From Euryarchaeota archaeon UBA58 (GTDB taxonomy: Archaea; Thermoplasmatota; Poseidoniia; Poseidoniales; Thalassarchaeaceae): a stretch of DNA of 64,000 nucleotides. Positions 9,626 through 18,815 of this stretch are shown here, one piece after another. A program made the position numbers and the translations under genes. The stretch spans positions 42,478 to 106,477 of the forward strand of contig DAHR01000005.1 of NCBI GenBank assembly GCA_002498525.1. Reading direction: 5' to 3'. Below the pieces are notes generated by a model. It saw only the letters and a list, made by a program, of their open reading frames with translations. It was not told the origin of the DNA and ran no database searches. How positions within the stretch are numbered: position 1 is the first letter of the stretch; the number at the start of each line of letters is the position of its first letter.

Positions 9626-9702
9626 TGGCGGACCCACCGCGATTCGAACACGGGTTTCCAGCTCCGGAGGCTAGAGTGATATCCAGGCTACACTATGGGT
9701 CC
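9626..9702 (-). tRNA. tRNA-Arg(CCG), CCA encoded, no intron
   Basis: Reverse complement GGACCCATAGTGTAGCCTGGATATCACTCTAGC-CTCCGGA-GCTGGAAACCCGTGTTCGAATCGCGGTGGGTCCGCCA folds as a cloverleaf. Confidence 0.95.
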
Positions 9703-9847
9703 AGCGTCTTCTTCGAATCGAACGTTCCATTTCAACAGACCCACCGCTATGTTCGGACTCGATTCAGCATCAGGCATCGATTTTCAGAATCAGCATGTCT
9801 GAACATAGATTGGTACGCCATTCACAGCAATCGCTCTTAATCGTGAA

Positions 9848-9924
9848 TGGCGGACCCACCGCGATTCGAACACGGGTTTGAGGCTCCGCAAGCCCCAGTG
9901 ATATCCAGGCTACACTATGGGTCC
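9848..9924 (-). tRNA. tRNA-Arg(GCG), CCA encoded, no intron
   Basis: Same body as the neighbouring tRNA, with anticodon arm GGGGC-TTGCGGA-GCCTC. Confidence 0.95.
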
Positions 9925-9976
9925 AGCGGCCAATCGACCGACGACCTCTGTTTAATTGCGACGGTCGCAGGTAGCA

Positions 9977-10342
9977 TCAGAGTGAGAGCGGTAACACGGT
10001 CTTCCAGCGAGGCTCGGCCAATTTCTTGGCATTCGGTGCGATTCTGGTGTTCTTCGTCTTGTGTGTCAAAACGCCATGCATACCCTCGACTGCGAATTTG
10101 ACTCGCAACTCGACCATGCGGTCGCGCTCGGCTACATTCATCTGATCGGAGTCGAGTTCGATGCTACTCGCTGGCCCTTCATCGCCTTCATTGCGAATAC
10201 TGAGATTGTTACCATCCACGCTCGCACGCGGGGAGAAATCGAAGTCGTCAGGATGATTCATCCAAACGTCGACATCGACGATGAGTCGGTTACGCACCGA
10301 GGCCTTCTTGATCTCGATTGACTTCACCATCGTCGCTTGCAC
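9977..10342 (-). CDS. Hypothetical protein
   Basis: 121-aa ORF filling the gap, plausible composition; no recognised motif. Confidence 0.6.
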   Translation of the reverse strand: MQATMVKSIEIKKASVRNRLIVDVDVWMNHPDDFDFSPRASVDGNNLSIRNEGDEGPASSIELDSDQMNVAERDRMVELRVKFAVEGMHGVLTHKTKNTRIAPNAKKLAEPRWKTVLPLSL

Positions 10343-10395
10343 CCGCCTTCAGTTGAAAGGCATTGTCGTGACCGAGTAAGCCCAATTCGATAGGA

Positions 10396-10507
10396 AACCA
10401 CAGAGGATACAGAAACTCAGAGGTTCGCTTGCTGCTGCAGTCCAGTCCTCTGAAACCTCTGTGCACCCCATGCCTCTGTTGTTAGATTGCACCGTGCCTC
10501 TGTGGTT
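10396..10507. repeat. REP/MITE-like palindromic element with 11-bp terminal inverted repeats and internal CAGAGG/CCTCTG units
   Basis: AACCACAGAGG (10396-10406) and CCTCTGTGGTT (10497-10507); one further CAGAGG and three further CCTCTG inside. Confidence 0.55.
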
Positions 10508-10510
10508 CAT

Positions 10511-11686
10511 TCAAGAACCGACTTCGCTGACGCGCGGAATCAGGATGACGAACTCGACGGTGAAAGTCCAATCATTCCCCGTATCGGGATCGATGCCATC
10601 GATGGGCAGGTCTGGGTCGCATTGCACTGCAGCAATCGTCCAAATCCAATCTCCCTGCCCGAAACGAGCGCCGGGTTCGTTCAGCAAACTGGCCACCAAA
10701 GATTCTGCCGAGTCGGCGCTCACAGTATAGCCACTGTTGGGATAGGGATTCATCTCACCTCTGTCGATGCTCGCCGTCGCGTTGAGCGTGACATTGCTCT
10801 GCGCCGTGTGGACCATCGTCGTCCAGCCGGTCATCGGCACGTTGACTCGCAGAGTGAAATTGTCTTCCGGCCATTGAATCGGCAGCAGGTCTCTATCGAG
10901 GACCAAAGTCGCATTGACCTGCATGATCCTCGCTCCCTTACCGGGCAACTGCTCGATGATGCTGCTCAGACCCTGCTCGGTATGACCATTCCATTCGGCA
11001 CTGATGCGCTGCTCCTCCCAGATCACCTTGAACATCCGTTTGACGACCATGAGATGCCAGATCTGAGTCGTCGTCGCGCCCTTGTCATCGATGACCATCA
11101 CCGACCCGCTCAAGTCCCCTGAATTCGCACTCGACACCTCGACGCTCGCATGGTTATCGTCGGCGTCATTGGCCGGATCGCCGTCGCCATTCGTATCGAA
11201 TGTCAAGTCTAGATCCCAGATGAATTCGACCGAGCCGCCCTCAAGGTCGTACGAACCTGATGCATCGATGGTCGCCGTCTCGTTGGTGCGCACGTAGCCC
11301 GGCATTTCGAGGACCACGATCGGCGGTGAATTGACGAAAATCGAGATCGTGGCTCGGTCGCTCTCTCCTCTGTCATTGAACACATCGACCTCGACCTCGT
11401 GATTACCCGCCTCTGCGAAACTGTGTGAGACGATGCCCGTCTTCGTCGTCCGGCTCTCCCCGTCGCCGAAGTCCCAGACATATTCGTCGATAATCGTCGG
11501 CGCTGGCGTCGTCGAATCACGGGCATCGAAATTGACCGTCTCGCCCACATCGATGGTCATACGGTCGGCTGAGATACTGGCATTTGGAGTGCTGGAAGCC
11601 AAGCCCGTGCAACCAGCCAGCGAAGTCATGATGAGCAGCGCTGCGAGGCTCAATCCAGTCACTCTCTCGCTGTCCATCGAAGCCAT
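10511..11686 (-). CDS. PKD-domain lipoprotein
   Basis: Lipobox TSLAGC; YVWDFGDG...SHSF..G; second PKD-like unit with a DTNGDGD loop. Confidence 0.85.
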   Translation of the reverse strand: MASMDSERVTGLSLAALLIMTSLAGCTGLASSTPNASISADRMTIDVGETVNFDARDSTTPAPTIIDEYVWDFGDGESRTTKTGIVSHSFAEAGNHEVEVDVFNDRGESDRATISIFVNSPPIVVLEMPGYVRTNETATIDASGSYDLEGGSVEFIWDLDLTFDTNGDGDPANDADDNHASVEVSSANSGDLSGSVMVIDDKGATTTQIWHLMVVKRMFKVIWEEQRISAEWNGHTEQGLSSIIEQLPGKGARIMQVNATLVLDRDLLPIQWPEDNFTLRVNVPMTGWTTMVHTAQSNVTLNATASIDRGEMNPYPNSGYTVSADSAESLVASLLNEPGARFGQGDWIWTIAAVQCDPDLPIDGIDPDTGNDWTFTVEFVILIPRVSEVGS

Positions 11687-11769
11687 TGGCGGGCAGCGCT
11701 GCAAATAGCCGTGTTGGGCTCAACCCTGGGCTCACTAGAGTTCATGGGGGGCCGCTGTCAGGAGCCGAT

Positions 11770-12585
11770 ATGGTCGGAGGGATGTTGTCAGGATATCGAG
11801 TCCTTGGCTTCGATCTCGAGACTACTGGACTCGACGCGAGGAAGGATCGGATCGTACAATATGCTCTAATTGGCAGCGATGTCGATGGTTCTCACATCAA
11901 TCTCGCTTCATTGGTCGACCCGCGCCGTGGCATACCAACTGCGGCCTCGCGGATTCACGGAATCTCTGAAGAGGATGTCAGGGGCGCGGGTTCGTTCGAA
12001 ACTCATGTCGGTGCTATTTCCGAGTTAATCGAAGATGCTGTGATCGTTGGACATAATATCAGCAACTTCGATTGGCGTTTTCTGGAATTGGAATGCATGC
12101 GCGCGGGCGTCCAGACCCCGATTCCGCGCGCCATCGTCGACACCTACTCGCTGGCGAGGAAACTCAGAATCCCAGGGCGGCGAACCTTGGGCGTGCTCTG
12201 CGCGCGCTATGATATCTCGATCGGGCGGGCGCATTCCGCCGATGCTGATGCGGGGGCTTCACTGCTTCTTCTGTGGTCGATGATGCACAGCCATCCTGCG
12301 GAATTCCGCGGTGACATCGATGATCTGCAGGACATGCTCAGCAATCGAGGCGGCGGCAGCAGCCGACTCGGCCCAGGCATGCAGGACCTCGAGCCGGTCG
12401 CTGGAACAAATGGCCGACTCCGACTCTCTGATGATGGAGCCGTCATCGCCTTTGGCAAACACAAGGGTCGAACGCTGTCCGAGTTGGAGAAATTGGATTC
12501 TCGTTATGTCGACTGGTTGCTCTCGCCATCCTCGCCGATTCCATCGAAAATCGTATCTGAATTCGTCCGCAACCAGCGTGAATGA
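11770..12585 (+). CDS. DEDDh 3'-5' exonuclease (DnaQ/epsilon-like) with C-terminal FGKHKG domain
   Basis: ExoI FDLETTG, ExoII GHNISNFD, ExoIII AHSADADA; FGKHKGRTL...YVDW. Confidence 0.9.
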   Translation: MVGGMLSGYRVLGFDLETTGLDARKDRIVQYALIGSDVDGSHINLASLVDPRRGIPTAASRIHGISEEDVRGAGSFETHVGAISELIEDAVIVGHNISNFDWRFLELECMRAGVQTPIPRAIVDTYSLARKLRIPGRRTLGVLCARYDISIGRAHSADADAGASLLLLWSMMHSHPAEFRGDIDDLQDMLSNRGGGSSRLGPGMQDLEPVAGTNGRLRLSDDGAVIAFGKHKGRTLSELEKLDSRYVDWLLSPSSPIPSKIVSEFVRNQRE

Positions 12586-13769
12586 TCGCGGGCATGTCCC
12601 TCAAGAATCGGCGACCAAGGTAGAATCTCGCACCAATCTCCCAGATGAGCGACCCGTCCATCCATGCGCACACTTCCAAGGAATATCGGTCCCTCGTGCC
12701 CCGAATCGATAAGCTCGCTCATCTGAACCAGCGCTTGGTCACGCAGGACCGCGCCGAAGCGATGCTCAGAACCCATGACTTCGCCCTCCTCACCAATCGG
12801 GGGCGTACGCTCGAAAAGTACAGCGCCGGCCTCGCGGTCGAAGCGCACTACCGATACGACTTCGTCGCGGAACATGTGGCCAGGCGATAGTAATCCATCC
12901 TTGCGCGCGACCCACCATATCGGACACCACGCCTTCCACTCGCACCAACCGCATTGACGGTCACCCGGTGTCGCTTCGAGTGGAGTCAGTGAAGGCCGCA
13001 TTCCCTCCCAAGCGACCAGCGCTGCGGGAATCACCGAGGGGCCGTCGGCGACATGAATCGTCTGATTTGCTGAGTACCAGCCCTCGGCCGTCACGGTAGG
13101 ATGATTGGGATTGTTCTGCTTCAGCAGATCTCGATAGAATCGCAGTTGACGGCTGACCTTCTCATCGAGGGCGGGACTGGGCGGCCGGCCTGTCTTCAGA
13201 TCCGCTACGATCCAGCCTTGCGACTCGCCATTCTCATCGATATCAGCGACCAGAAGGTCGAGTCGGCCCATCAATCGGCCACATTCGGAGACAAGCGTTC
13301 CCTCATTGGCTAGAACAATCGTCTGCACCTCCCTCCAGGTTCCGACCGTCACTTCTGAGAGTTTCTGGACACCGACGGTCGACTTCGAAAAGAGAATATT
13401 GAGAGCCCCGACAAGACCGTCGTGAGCCTTGGTGATGAGTTCGTTCTTCCAGCGAGGGTGGCGAGGAGTGCCTAGGAAATTGTCCTTCTCGATCTGCCAG
13501 TGGCGGTCGAGAATCTCCTTCGCTGTGGGAGGAAGCCAGCCGACCTCGTCGTCTTCTCGGTCGGATATATCGAGATTGCAGATATCCTCAACCGAATTAT
13601 GCACTGCGTTACCCATTGCCGCTGGCATGCTTGCCTTGCGCGGAAGTCCTTGGCGGGAGAGCCAGTATTTTCTTGGGCATTCTTCGAATCTACTCCACGA
13701 TGATGGTGAAAGTTGGTGTGCGATGAAGTCCTTATCCATCGATTCGCTTGCCGAATCGTCCTCCGTCAT
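12504..13769 (-). CDS. PD-(D/E)XK RecB/AddB/Cas4-like nuclease with Fe-S cysteine set
   Basis: LSPSS...CPRKY, GNAVH, E...GRLDLL...ADLKTG, QLRFY, CGWCEWKAWC. Confidence 0.88.
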   Translation of the reverse strand: MTEDDSASESMDKDFIAHQLSPSSWSRFEECPRKYWLSRQGLPRKASMPAAMGNAVHNSVEDICNLDISDREDDEVGWLPPTAKEILDRHWQIEKDNFLGTPRHPRWKNELITKAHDGLVGALNILFSKSTVGVQKLSEVTVGTWREVQTIVLANEGTLVSECGRLMGRLDLLVADIDENGESQGWIVADLKTGRPPSPALDEKVSRQLRFYRDLLKQNNPNHPTVTAEGWYSANQTIHVADGPSVIPAALVAWEGMRPSLTPLEATPGDRQCGWCEWKAWCPIWWVARKDGLLSPGHMFRDEVVSVVRFDREAGAVLFERTPPIGEEGEVMGSEHRFGAVLRDQALVQMSELIDSGHEGPIFLGSVRMDGRVAHLGDWCEILPWSPILEGHARDHSRWLRTNSDTIFDGIGEDGESNQST

Positions 13770-13821
13770 GAAATGACTGTGGACGCCAACCCTTGAAAGG
13801 ATGATTGCAGGTTCCCCTCCG

Positions 13822-14631
13822 ATGAGCGGAGGACCGGTGGTCACTGTCGACGATGACCTCGATGCCGAAGGAGCCCTTGTCATCACCTGCTTCCCTTCGG
13901 CTGGATTCGTCAGCAGCATCGTCGCGCATTTTCTTGTCGATAGACTTGGATTGACTTTCGTCGGCGGTGCTCGCGGTGCTGGCTTACCACCGGTTTGCTT
14001 GGTTCAAGAAGGAAAACCGCTGCCGCCGCTGCGATTCTATGCGGGTGAGCCGATCTGTCACATGGACCGCTGCGACAAGATCGTCCTGATTGCATCTGAG
14101 ATTCAAGTCGCTTCGAATATCGCTCTGCCGCTCTGTGATGCGATGCTCGACTGGTTCAGCGAGAGCGGTGCGACACAGATGATGTTGATCGATTCCTATT
14201 CTCATGGACCTGATCAAGCCCATTCGATTTTCGATAACGATGATTCAGAGGAGACCATGCTCGGAATCGGTTCGACCGATTCTGCGCACGAAACTCTTGC
14301 TGGGCTCGGTGTTCCGATGCTGAAACATGGGGTTGTCGGTGGCATGACGGGTGTGCTGCTGGGTGAATGCCGCCGCCGGCGCATCGATGCGATGGCGATT
14401 CTGGCTGAATCCGGGGAGAATATCGGCAACGGGGCGATTCCGGATGCGCGCGCGGCAGCACGCATCATCGAGCGCATCGATGGCCTTCTTCCCGCAATCA
14501 AACTCGATCCAGAACCTCTACTCGAGGAGGCGCAGAGAATCGAAGAGAAGATCCGAGAGATGATGGCGATCCAGTTGAATCAACTGCAGGCGGAATCAGG
14601 TTCTACTGAGAGCAGCACCATGTTCGGCTGA
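13822..14631 (+). CDS. PAC2-family proteasome assembly chaperone (second paralog)
   Basis: FPSAGFVSSIVA, PPLRFY, GVVGGMTGVLL, PDARAAA, LLEEAQRIEE. Confidence 0.88.
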   Translation: MSGGPVVTVDDDLDAEGALVITCFPSAGFVSSIVAHFLVDRLGLTFVGGARGAGLPPVCLVQEGKPLPPLRFYAGEPICHMDRCDKIVLIASEIQVASNIALPLCDAMLDWFSESGATQMMLIDSYSHGPDQAHSIFDNDDSEETMLGIGSTDSAHETLAGLGVPMLKHGVVGGMTGVLLGECRRRRIDAMAILAESGENIGNGAIPDARAAARIIERIDGLLPAIKLDPEPLLEEAQRIEEKIREMMAIQLNQLQAESGSTESSTMFG

Positions 14632-14649
14632 TGCTTGGCTGATACTTGC

Positions 14650-16857
14650 TCAATAATCCTCGAGCGACATCTGTTGCGGACCGGCATCGCCAACGATTTC
14701 AGGATTCTCATCTTCAGGCTCGACTGCACCTTCCTGCTCGGTCGCTTCTTCAGCCGGTTCTTCTGCAACCCCTGCCTCGGCCTCGATCATCGATAGCACT
14801 TCGGCCTCGCTTAGAACGTTGACTGAGAGCCTGTTGGCCTTGTCGAGTTTCGAGCCGGCTGACTCCCCGGCGACCAGATGATCGAGTTTTCCTGAGACGG
14901 TTGATACGACTTTGCCACCCGCGGCCTTGATCATCAGAGCGACTTCCTTACGCGGGCGCGATAGAGTTCCGGTGATGCAGAAAGTCTGACCAGTCAATGA
15001 TCCGCTTTTCTCGACAGCCTCGACATCGGTGATGGTCAGGACATCGACGAGATCCTCTACCATCTCGCGCCTCATCTCCAGACCGCTGAGGAAGGAACGA
15101 GCGACGGTCTCGCCCACCCCCTCGATTCGGACAAGTCGCTCGACCGCCGCCTCGGAATCTGCCAACAACTCGAACATCGCAGTTGAACTGCCGATCTCTT
15201 GAGCAAAACCATCTGCCAATTCGGGCCCGATTCCCGGCAGGCCGAGGGCGGCGAGGAAGGCAGCGAGGTCGAGCGTCTTGCCGTCATCCAATTGTGCGAT
15301 GACATTGGCTGCCGACTTCTCAGCCATGCGCTCGAGTCCTTCGAGATCTTTACCACTCAAGCGATACAGATCGGGCAGAGTCTTGACGAGACCTGCTTCG
15401 CAGAGTTGTTCGGCGAGCTTCTCGCCGATGCCATCCATCTCCAGCGCGCGGCACCAATAGAGGATCGAGCGCTCCAACCTTGAGGGACACTCGAGGTTGA
15501 AACAACGGATGAAAGCACCATCCTCCTGCAATCCGCTTCGACATCGCGGGCAGTTCGTGGGAATTTTCACACCCTGCCGCAGCGGCAGCGGGTCGGCGAA
15601 AGGTGTACCATCGGCATGGAATCTGTTATCGAGGTCAGCACTTGTCGCCTCGCCCAGAACCTCGACGATCTTCGGAATCACATCACCGCGACGAGTGATG
15701 CGAACCCTGTCGCCAACACTGATCCCCAATCTCTCGATCTCGCCAGCGTTGTGCAGCGTCGTGTTCTCGACCGTGACGCCAGAGACTCTCACCGGAGCGA
15801 CGCGCGCGACGGGAGTCACAGTGCCGGTCCGACCGGTCTGCCAAGCGACGCCCAGCAGGACGGTCGTCGCCTCTTCGGGAGGGAATTTCCAAGCCAGAGC
15901 CCAGCGTGGGTGGTGGGCGGTTTTTCCGAGCAGTTCGCGTTTGCGGAATTCGTCGAGTTTGATTACGACGCCGTCGAGTTCCCAGTCCGCAGTGTCGCGT
16001 TTACGGGCCCAATTCTCGGTCACCTGCAAGAGAGCTTCTGCCACCGCTTCATCGGCCTCAGCCTCCTCGATTCCTTCATCGACGCCGGCTTCCACCACTT
16101 CGTTCCCGGCCGCAGCGATGCCGTTCTGCGTGAGCCAGTCGATCGCTTGCGAATCATGGTTGAAATCGGGGGGTGCGGGACTGTCTGGGTGTTTGTGGTC
16201 CAGCCCCGGGAACATCACGCCATAGGCGTGGAATGACAGGTCCGCTGCGTCGCCTTTGCCGGCTTCGATGTGCTTCTGGCGCAGGCTGCCAGCAGCGAGG
16301 TTGCGCGGGTTCGGGGCGAATGAGGCGTATTTCGAGCGGAATGTCTCAAGCGGCATCACCACCTCTCCACGGATGTGGCAATCACCGTCCCAGCCGAGCG
16401 ATTCTGGGATGTTCGGGATGCGTCGAGCATTCGCTGTCACGTCCTCGCCGCGCTCGCCATTCCCCCTTGTTGCGGCTCGTACCAATCGACCGCGTCGGTA
16501 TTCCAGTGAGAGGGCAGAACCGTCGAGTTTCGGTTGGCAGACGAAGCGGCGTCCGTGCGCGGTGGTTTGTGCTACGAAATGGCTGATCTCCGCCACCTCG
16601 CTGGCCTTGTCGAGGCTCTGCATCGGGAATAGATGCTCGACCTTGACCGAGCCTGGAGCAGGGTCTGAGCCGACTCGATCGAGTTGTGGATGGGTCGGGT
16701 CGAGTTGCTTCAATTCGTCGAACAGAAGGTCGTACTCGGCATCTGTGATGACTGGTGCGGCCTCGTTGTAATAGAGGTCTGAATGGTGAGCGAGGAGTTG
16801 TGCCAACTCCTCGATTCGCGCACTTTGAGCGCCCTCCTCTATGCCCTCCCGAACCAT
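14650..16857 (-). CDS. ligA: NAD+-dependent DNA ligase
   Basis: YYN...DAEYD, MQSLDK, KLDG adenylation motif, ATRGNG, NPRNLAAGSLRQ, AWKFP, GRTG, TLHN, CPRC/C..C zinc finger, HhH, BRCT. Confidence 0.97.
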   Translation of the reverse strand: MVREGIEEGAQSARIEELAQLLAHHSDLYYNEAAPVITDAEYDLLFDELKQLDPTHPQLDRVGSDPAPGSVKVEHLFPMQSLDKASEVAEISHFVAQTTAHGRRFVCQPKLDGSALSLEYRRGRLVRAATRGNGERGEDVTANARRIPNIPESLGWDGDCHIRGEVVMPLETFRSKYASFAPNPRNLAAGSLRQKHIEAGKGDAADLSFHAYGVMFPGLDHKHPDSPAPPDFNHDSQAIDWLTQNGIAAAGNEVVEAGVDEGIEEAEADEAVAEALLQVTENWARKRDTADWELDGVVIKLDEFRKRELLGKTAHHPRWALAWKFPPEEATTVLLGVAWQTGRTGTVTPVARVAPVRVSGVTVENTTLHNAGEIERLGISVGDRVRITRRGDVIPKIVEVLGEATSADLDNRFHADGTPFADPLPLRQGVKIPTNCPRCRSGLQEDGAFIRCFNLECPSRLERSILYWCRALEMDGIGEKLAEQLCEAGLVKTLPDLYRLSGKDLEGLERMAEKSAANVIAQLDDGKTLDLAAFLAALGLPGIGPELADGFAQEIGSSTAMFELLADSEAAVERLVRIEGVGETVARSFLSGLEMRREMVEDLVDVLTITDVEAVEKSGSLTGQTFCITGTLSRPRKEVALMIKAAGGKVVSTVSGKLDHLVAGESAGSKLDKANRLSVNVLSEAEVLSMIEAEAGVAEEPAEEATEQEGAVEPEDENPEIVGDAGPQQMSLEDY

Positions 16858-17067
16858 GTTCCGCGAGGTGCGCTGACCCCCTAAAACATGCTTATCATCG
16901 ACTGTTTAATCCTACATCTAAGGGGTGATAAACAACAACAAATATTCGATTGTAGAGAATAATACCCTGAGTTGGTTGCCGGAAAAACAGTGTGATTCAG
17001 TAGTAAGAAATGCGCTACTAACAGCCGATTTTCAATCCAAGCGCGAGAACTCGAATGTGAGTAGAAA

Positions 17068-17145
17068 TGGTGGGCCAGCCAGGATTTGAACCTGGGTCGC
17101 GCGACCCCCAGCCGCGAAGTATAGGCCAAACTAACCTACAGGCCC
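17068..17145 (-). tRNA. tRNA-Pro(GGG), CCA encoded
   Basis: Reverse complement GGGCCTGTAGGTTAGTTTGGCCTATACTTCGCGG-CTGGGGG-TCGCGCGACCCAGGTTCAAATCCTGGCTGGCCCACCA; usual position after rpoN. Confidence 0.93.
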
Positions 17146-17202
17146 CATTGTGAGTATGTCCGCCGTGAAAGGTTCCTCACAAAGCCTTGACGGCTGTGAT
17201 AT

Positions 17203-17409
17203 TCAGTCCTCACGGGCGACGCTGAACGGTGCGATCTCATCAATTAAATCGATGTGACCGACATACATGCGTCGGCAGCAATATCGCTCCAAGCCAAGAT
17301 CGTCGAGAACTTTCTCTGCATCCTCACCTGCATCAACGGCGGTCTTGTATTGTTCATAGAGGTGTGCGACGACCTTGCCGCAACTCCAACATCGTACTGG
17401 AATAAGCAT
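17203..17409 (-). CDS. rpoN: DNA-directed RNA polymerase subunit N (Rpo10)
   Basis: [12 protein letters not shown]...[14 protein letters not shown]. Confidence 0.97.
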   Translation of the reverse strand: MLIPVRCWSCGKVVAHLYEQYKTAVDAGEDAEKVLDDLGLERYCCRRMYVGHIDLIDEIAPFSVARED

Positions 17410-17415
17410 CTTTGA

Positions 17416-17859
17416 TCACCTGTAGGACTTCTGCCATTTCTTGCGCGCGCCGCGACCCATCTGGTGCTTCGCTTCCTTGCGGCGCGGATCATTGACAAGT
17501 AGGCTGCGGTCGAATCGCAGATACTCGTCTCGGAGTTCTTCATCGATTCCCTCGGCGCCACCGTTGTAGTGGACCAAGCCGCGAGCGATTGCGGTTCTGA
17601 TGGCGTCTACCTGACCCATCTGACCACCGCCTTGCACATCGACGACGACGTCGACGTCTGCGAGCCGGTTCATCGCCTCAGCGATCTGCACCGGCTCTAG
17701 TGCCTTGCGGCGAGCCAATTCTGGCTCCATGATGTGAATCGGTTTGTGGTTGATGCGTACGCGGCCAGCGCCCTTGCGAACTGTTGCACGAGCGATGGCG
17801 GTCTTGCGCTTGCCGCTCATGTTGACAACCTTTGCAACCTTCTTCTTTCTAGCAGCCAT
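17416..17859 (-). CDS. rps9: 30S ribosomal protein S9
   Basis: [36 protein letters not shown]. Confidence 0.97.
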   Translation of the reverse strand: MAARKKKVAKVVNMSGKRKTAIARATVRKGAGRVRINHKPIHIMEPELARRKALEPVQIAEAMNRLADVDVVVDVQGGGQMGQVDAIRTAIARGLVHYNGGAEGIDEELRDEYLRFDRSLLVNDPRRKEAKHQMGRGARKKWQKSYR

Positions 17860-18347
17860 CACTGGTCACCTCCCCATCTGCGAGAATCGACGCCAAGATG
17901 GGCGCTGATATCGCCCAATCGAACGAACTTCTGTGGTAGGTCGCGGTCGAATGATGCCGACTCACCCCACGCGTGACCATCTGGCAGACCATCTCCAGAG
18001 AGATTCGCTGGAGTTCCAATCATCACGCGGAGGTCGCGAAGTGAATTGCGGCCGCTGCTGTTCTTCTGGTAAGGCAGCATTCCGCGAACCGTGCGCTTGA
18101 GGATCTGGTCAGGCATTCTTGGGAAGAATGGTCCCTTCCTCGGGTGGTTGAGTTTGTACTTCTGATCGTAATTGGCGAAGACTGCTGTCTTCGGTCCGGT
18201 GACGATCGCTTTCTCAGCGTTGACGATGATCACTCGCTTCTGTCCGCCAGCCTTGCGAGCGGTCAGAAGCTCGCTGGCGACATGGCTCGCGAGCCTTCCC
18301 AGAATCTTGTCTGAGGCATCGAAGACGAGGGTGCTTGCTTCAACCAA
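17859..18347 (-). CDS. rpl13: 50S ribosomal protein L13
   Basis: [30 protein letters not shown]. Confidence 0.96.
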   Translation of the reverse strand: MVEASTLVFDASDKILGRLASHVASELLTARKAGGQKRVIIVNAEKAIVTGPKTAVFANYDQKYKLNHPRKGPFFPRMPDQILKRTVRGMLPYQKNSSGRNSLRDLRVMIGTPANLSGDGLPDGHAWGESASFDRDLPQKFVRLGDISAHLGVDSRRWGGDQ

Positions 18348-18705
18348 GGATCCTCACCCCCTTGCCATTCGGATTCTCGTCCATCAGTTCGCGGATCGTC
18401 AGAACGCGCCCGCCTGCTTCTTCAATCTTGGAGCGGGCTCCGGTGCTGACACTGTAGGCGGCGACGTTCGGCTGTCCACTGACATCCCCACTGCCGAGCA
18501 ACTTACCGGGAACGAGGACGATATCCTCGTGTCCGGCATAGCGCGACAGACGGCTCAGGTTGGGTTCAGCCCAGTTGCTGCGACTCCTCTCGAGGCGCAG
18601 CGCCACGTCTCGCCACAGGGCAGAACCGGTCGACCTGCTCTGGTCCTTGAGATCGCCGATCAGGGCGACCAAGGCCTTGTTGGTCTTTCTCGTATTCGTA
18701 CTCAT
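18340..18705 (-). CDS. rpl18e: 50S ribosomal protein L18e
   Basis: KTN..L, WRDVA..L, VLVPGKLLGSG, ARSKIEEAGG. Confidence 0.95.
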   Translation of the reverse strand: MSTNTRKTNKALVALIGDLKDQSRSTGSALWRDVALRLERSRSNWAEPNLSRLSRYAGHEDIVLVPGKLLGSGDVSGQPNVAAYSVSTGARSKIEEAGGRVLTIRELMDENPNGKGVRILG

Positions 18706-18815
18706 ATGACTCCCTCGACGTTTGCTTGGGTAGCGCGCCCACCTGACCATCTGTTATGAATGCTGCGGGTTGCCCCTACGGGGCATCGCGGCGCAGTCCT
18801 CTGAAGTGAAGAAGA

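Noticed and set aside
9625..10101. Duplicated ORFs starting MADPPRFEHGF
   Set aside because: They are antisense translations of the two tRNA-Arg genes.
12504..13769. Cas4-like nuclease as evidence of a CRISPR-Cas locus or casposon
   Set aside because: No repeat-spacer array, cas1/cas2, polB or terminal inverted repeats seen; the flanks are housekeeping genes.
16881..17129. 82-aa ORF upstream of ligA
   Set aside because: It starts inside tRNA-Pro and runs through an AT-rich spacer; no protein-like features.
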